The position numbers were made by a program, and so were the translations under genes. A stretch of DNA of 64,000 bases from Armatimonadota bacterium (GTDB lineage Bacteria > Armatimonadota > SYMT01). Below the pieces are notes generated by a model, which did not search any database, had not been told where the DNA came from, and saw only the letters and a list, made by a program, of their open reading frames with translations. The stretch is from NCBI GenBank assembly GCA_046292385.1, contig JBKBRF010000028.1:1-64000 (forward strand), read 5' to 3'. Positions 63,851 through 64,000 of this stretch are shown in pieces (position 1 is the stretch's first letter; each line of letters begins with the position of its first letter).

Positions 63851-64000
63851 CCGGCTCTACTCCTCCCGCCGGGCCGCCGGCATCTACGGCGCCCGCTCGC
63901 TGCCCGCCCGTCTACCCGATTCTATCATTCGCGGAGCTCTTTCCACGCCGCACGCGACTCTGCCTTCCGGCCGCGAGGCAATCCCTCCGGGCCCGGCCAG

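Overview
GC-rich bacterial chromosomal segment, probably Armatimonadota; this is inferred from the [14 protein letters not shown] prepilin/H-X9-DG (DUF1559) proteins, the many Tat substrates and the Planctomycete-like genes. It holds about 57 supportable CDS. Housekeeping and catabolic genes include galU, kynU-kynB, lipB, apbE, phoD, mqnE, a ROK kinase, MFS/SSS transporters, hydrolases and an XDH-family Mo subunit. No rRNA, tRNA, CRISPR array, transposase or integrase was recognised. Highlights: (1) A five-gene signalling locus at 47092-53660: secreted Gly/Asp-rich protein, ECF sigma, soluble zinc-finger anti-sigma, TPR-CHAT caspase-like protease and secreted S8 subtilase. A bipartite motif GAyGTATy-N17-yTkTA occurs three times in the locus with identical spacing and is a candidate cognate promoter. 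(2) Several unrelated intergenic 6-9-mer tandem-repeat families obey one polarity rule: G/purine-rich arm on the sense strand after stop codons, C-rich complement before start codons. (3) A ~250-nt structured repeat in two copies with compensatory stem changes. (4) Two candidate sRNAs. (5) An orphan ParB with a Cys-rich tail. (6) A DUF1549/1553-DUF1501-WD40 cassette that separates yhdT from a panF-like symporter. (7) An 11-bp-periodic Pho-box-like site upstream of a pilin-like/phoD operon. All calls come from manual motif reading; no database searches were run.
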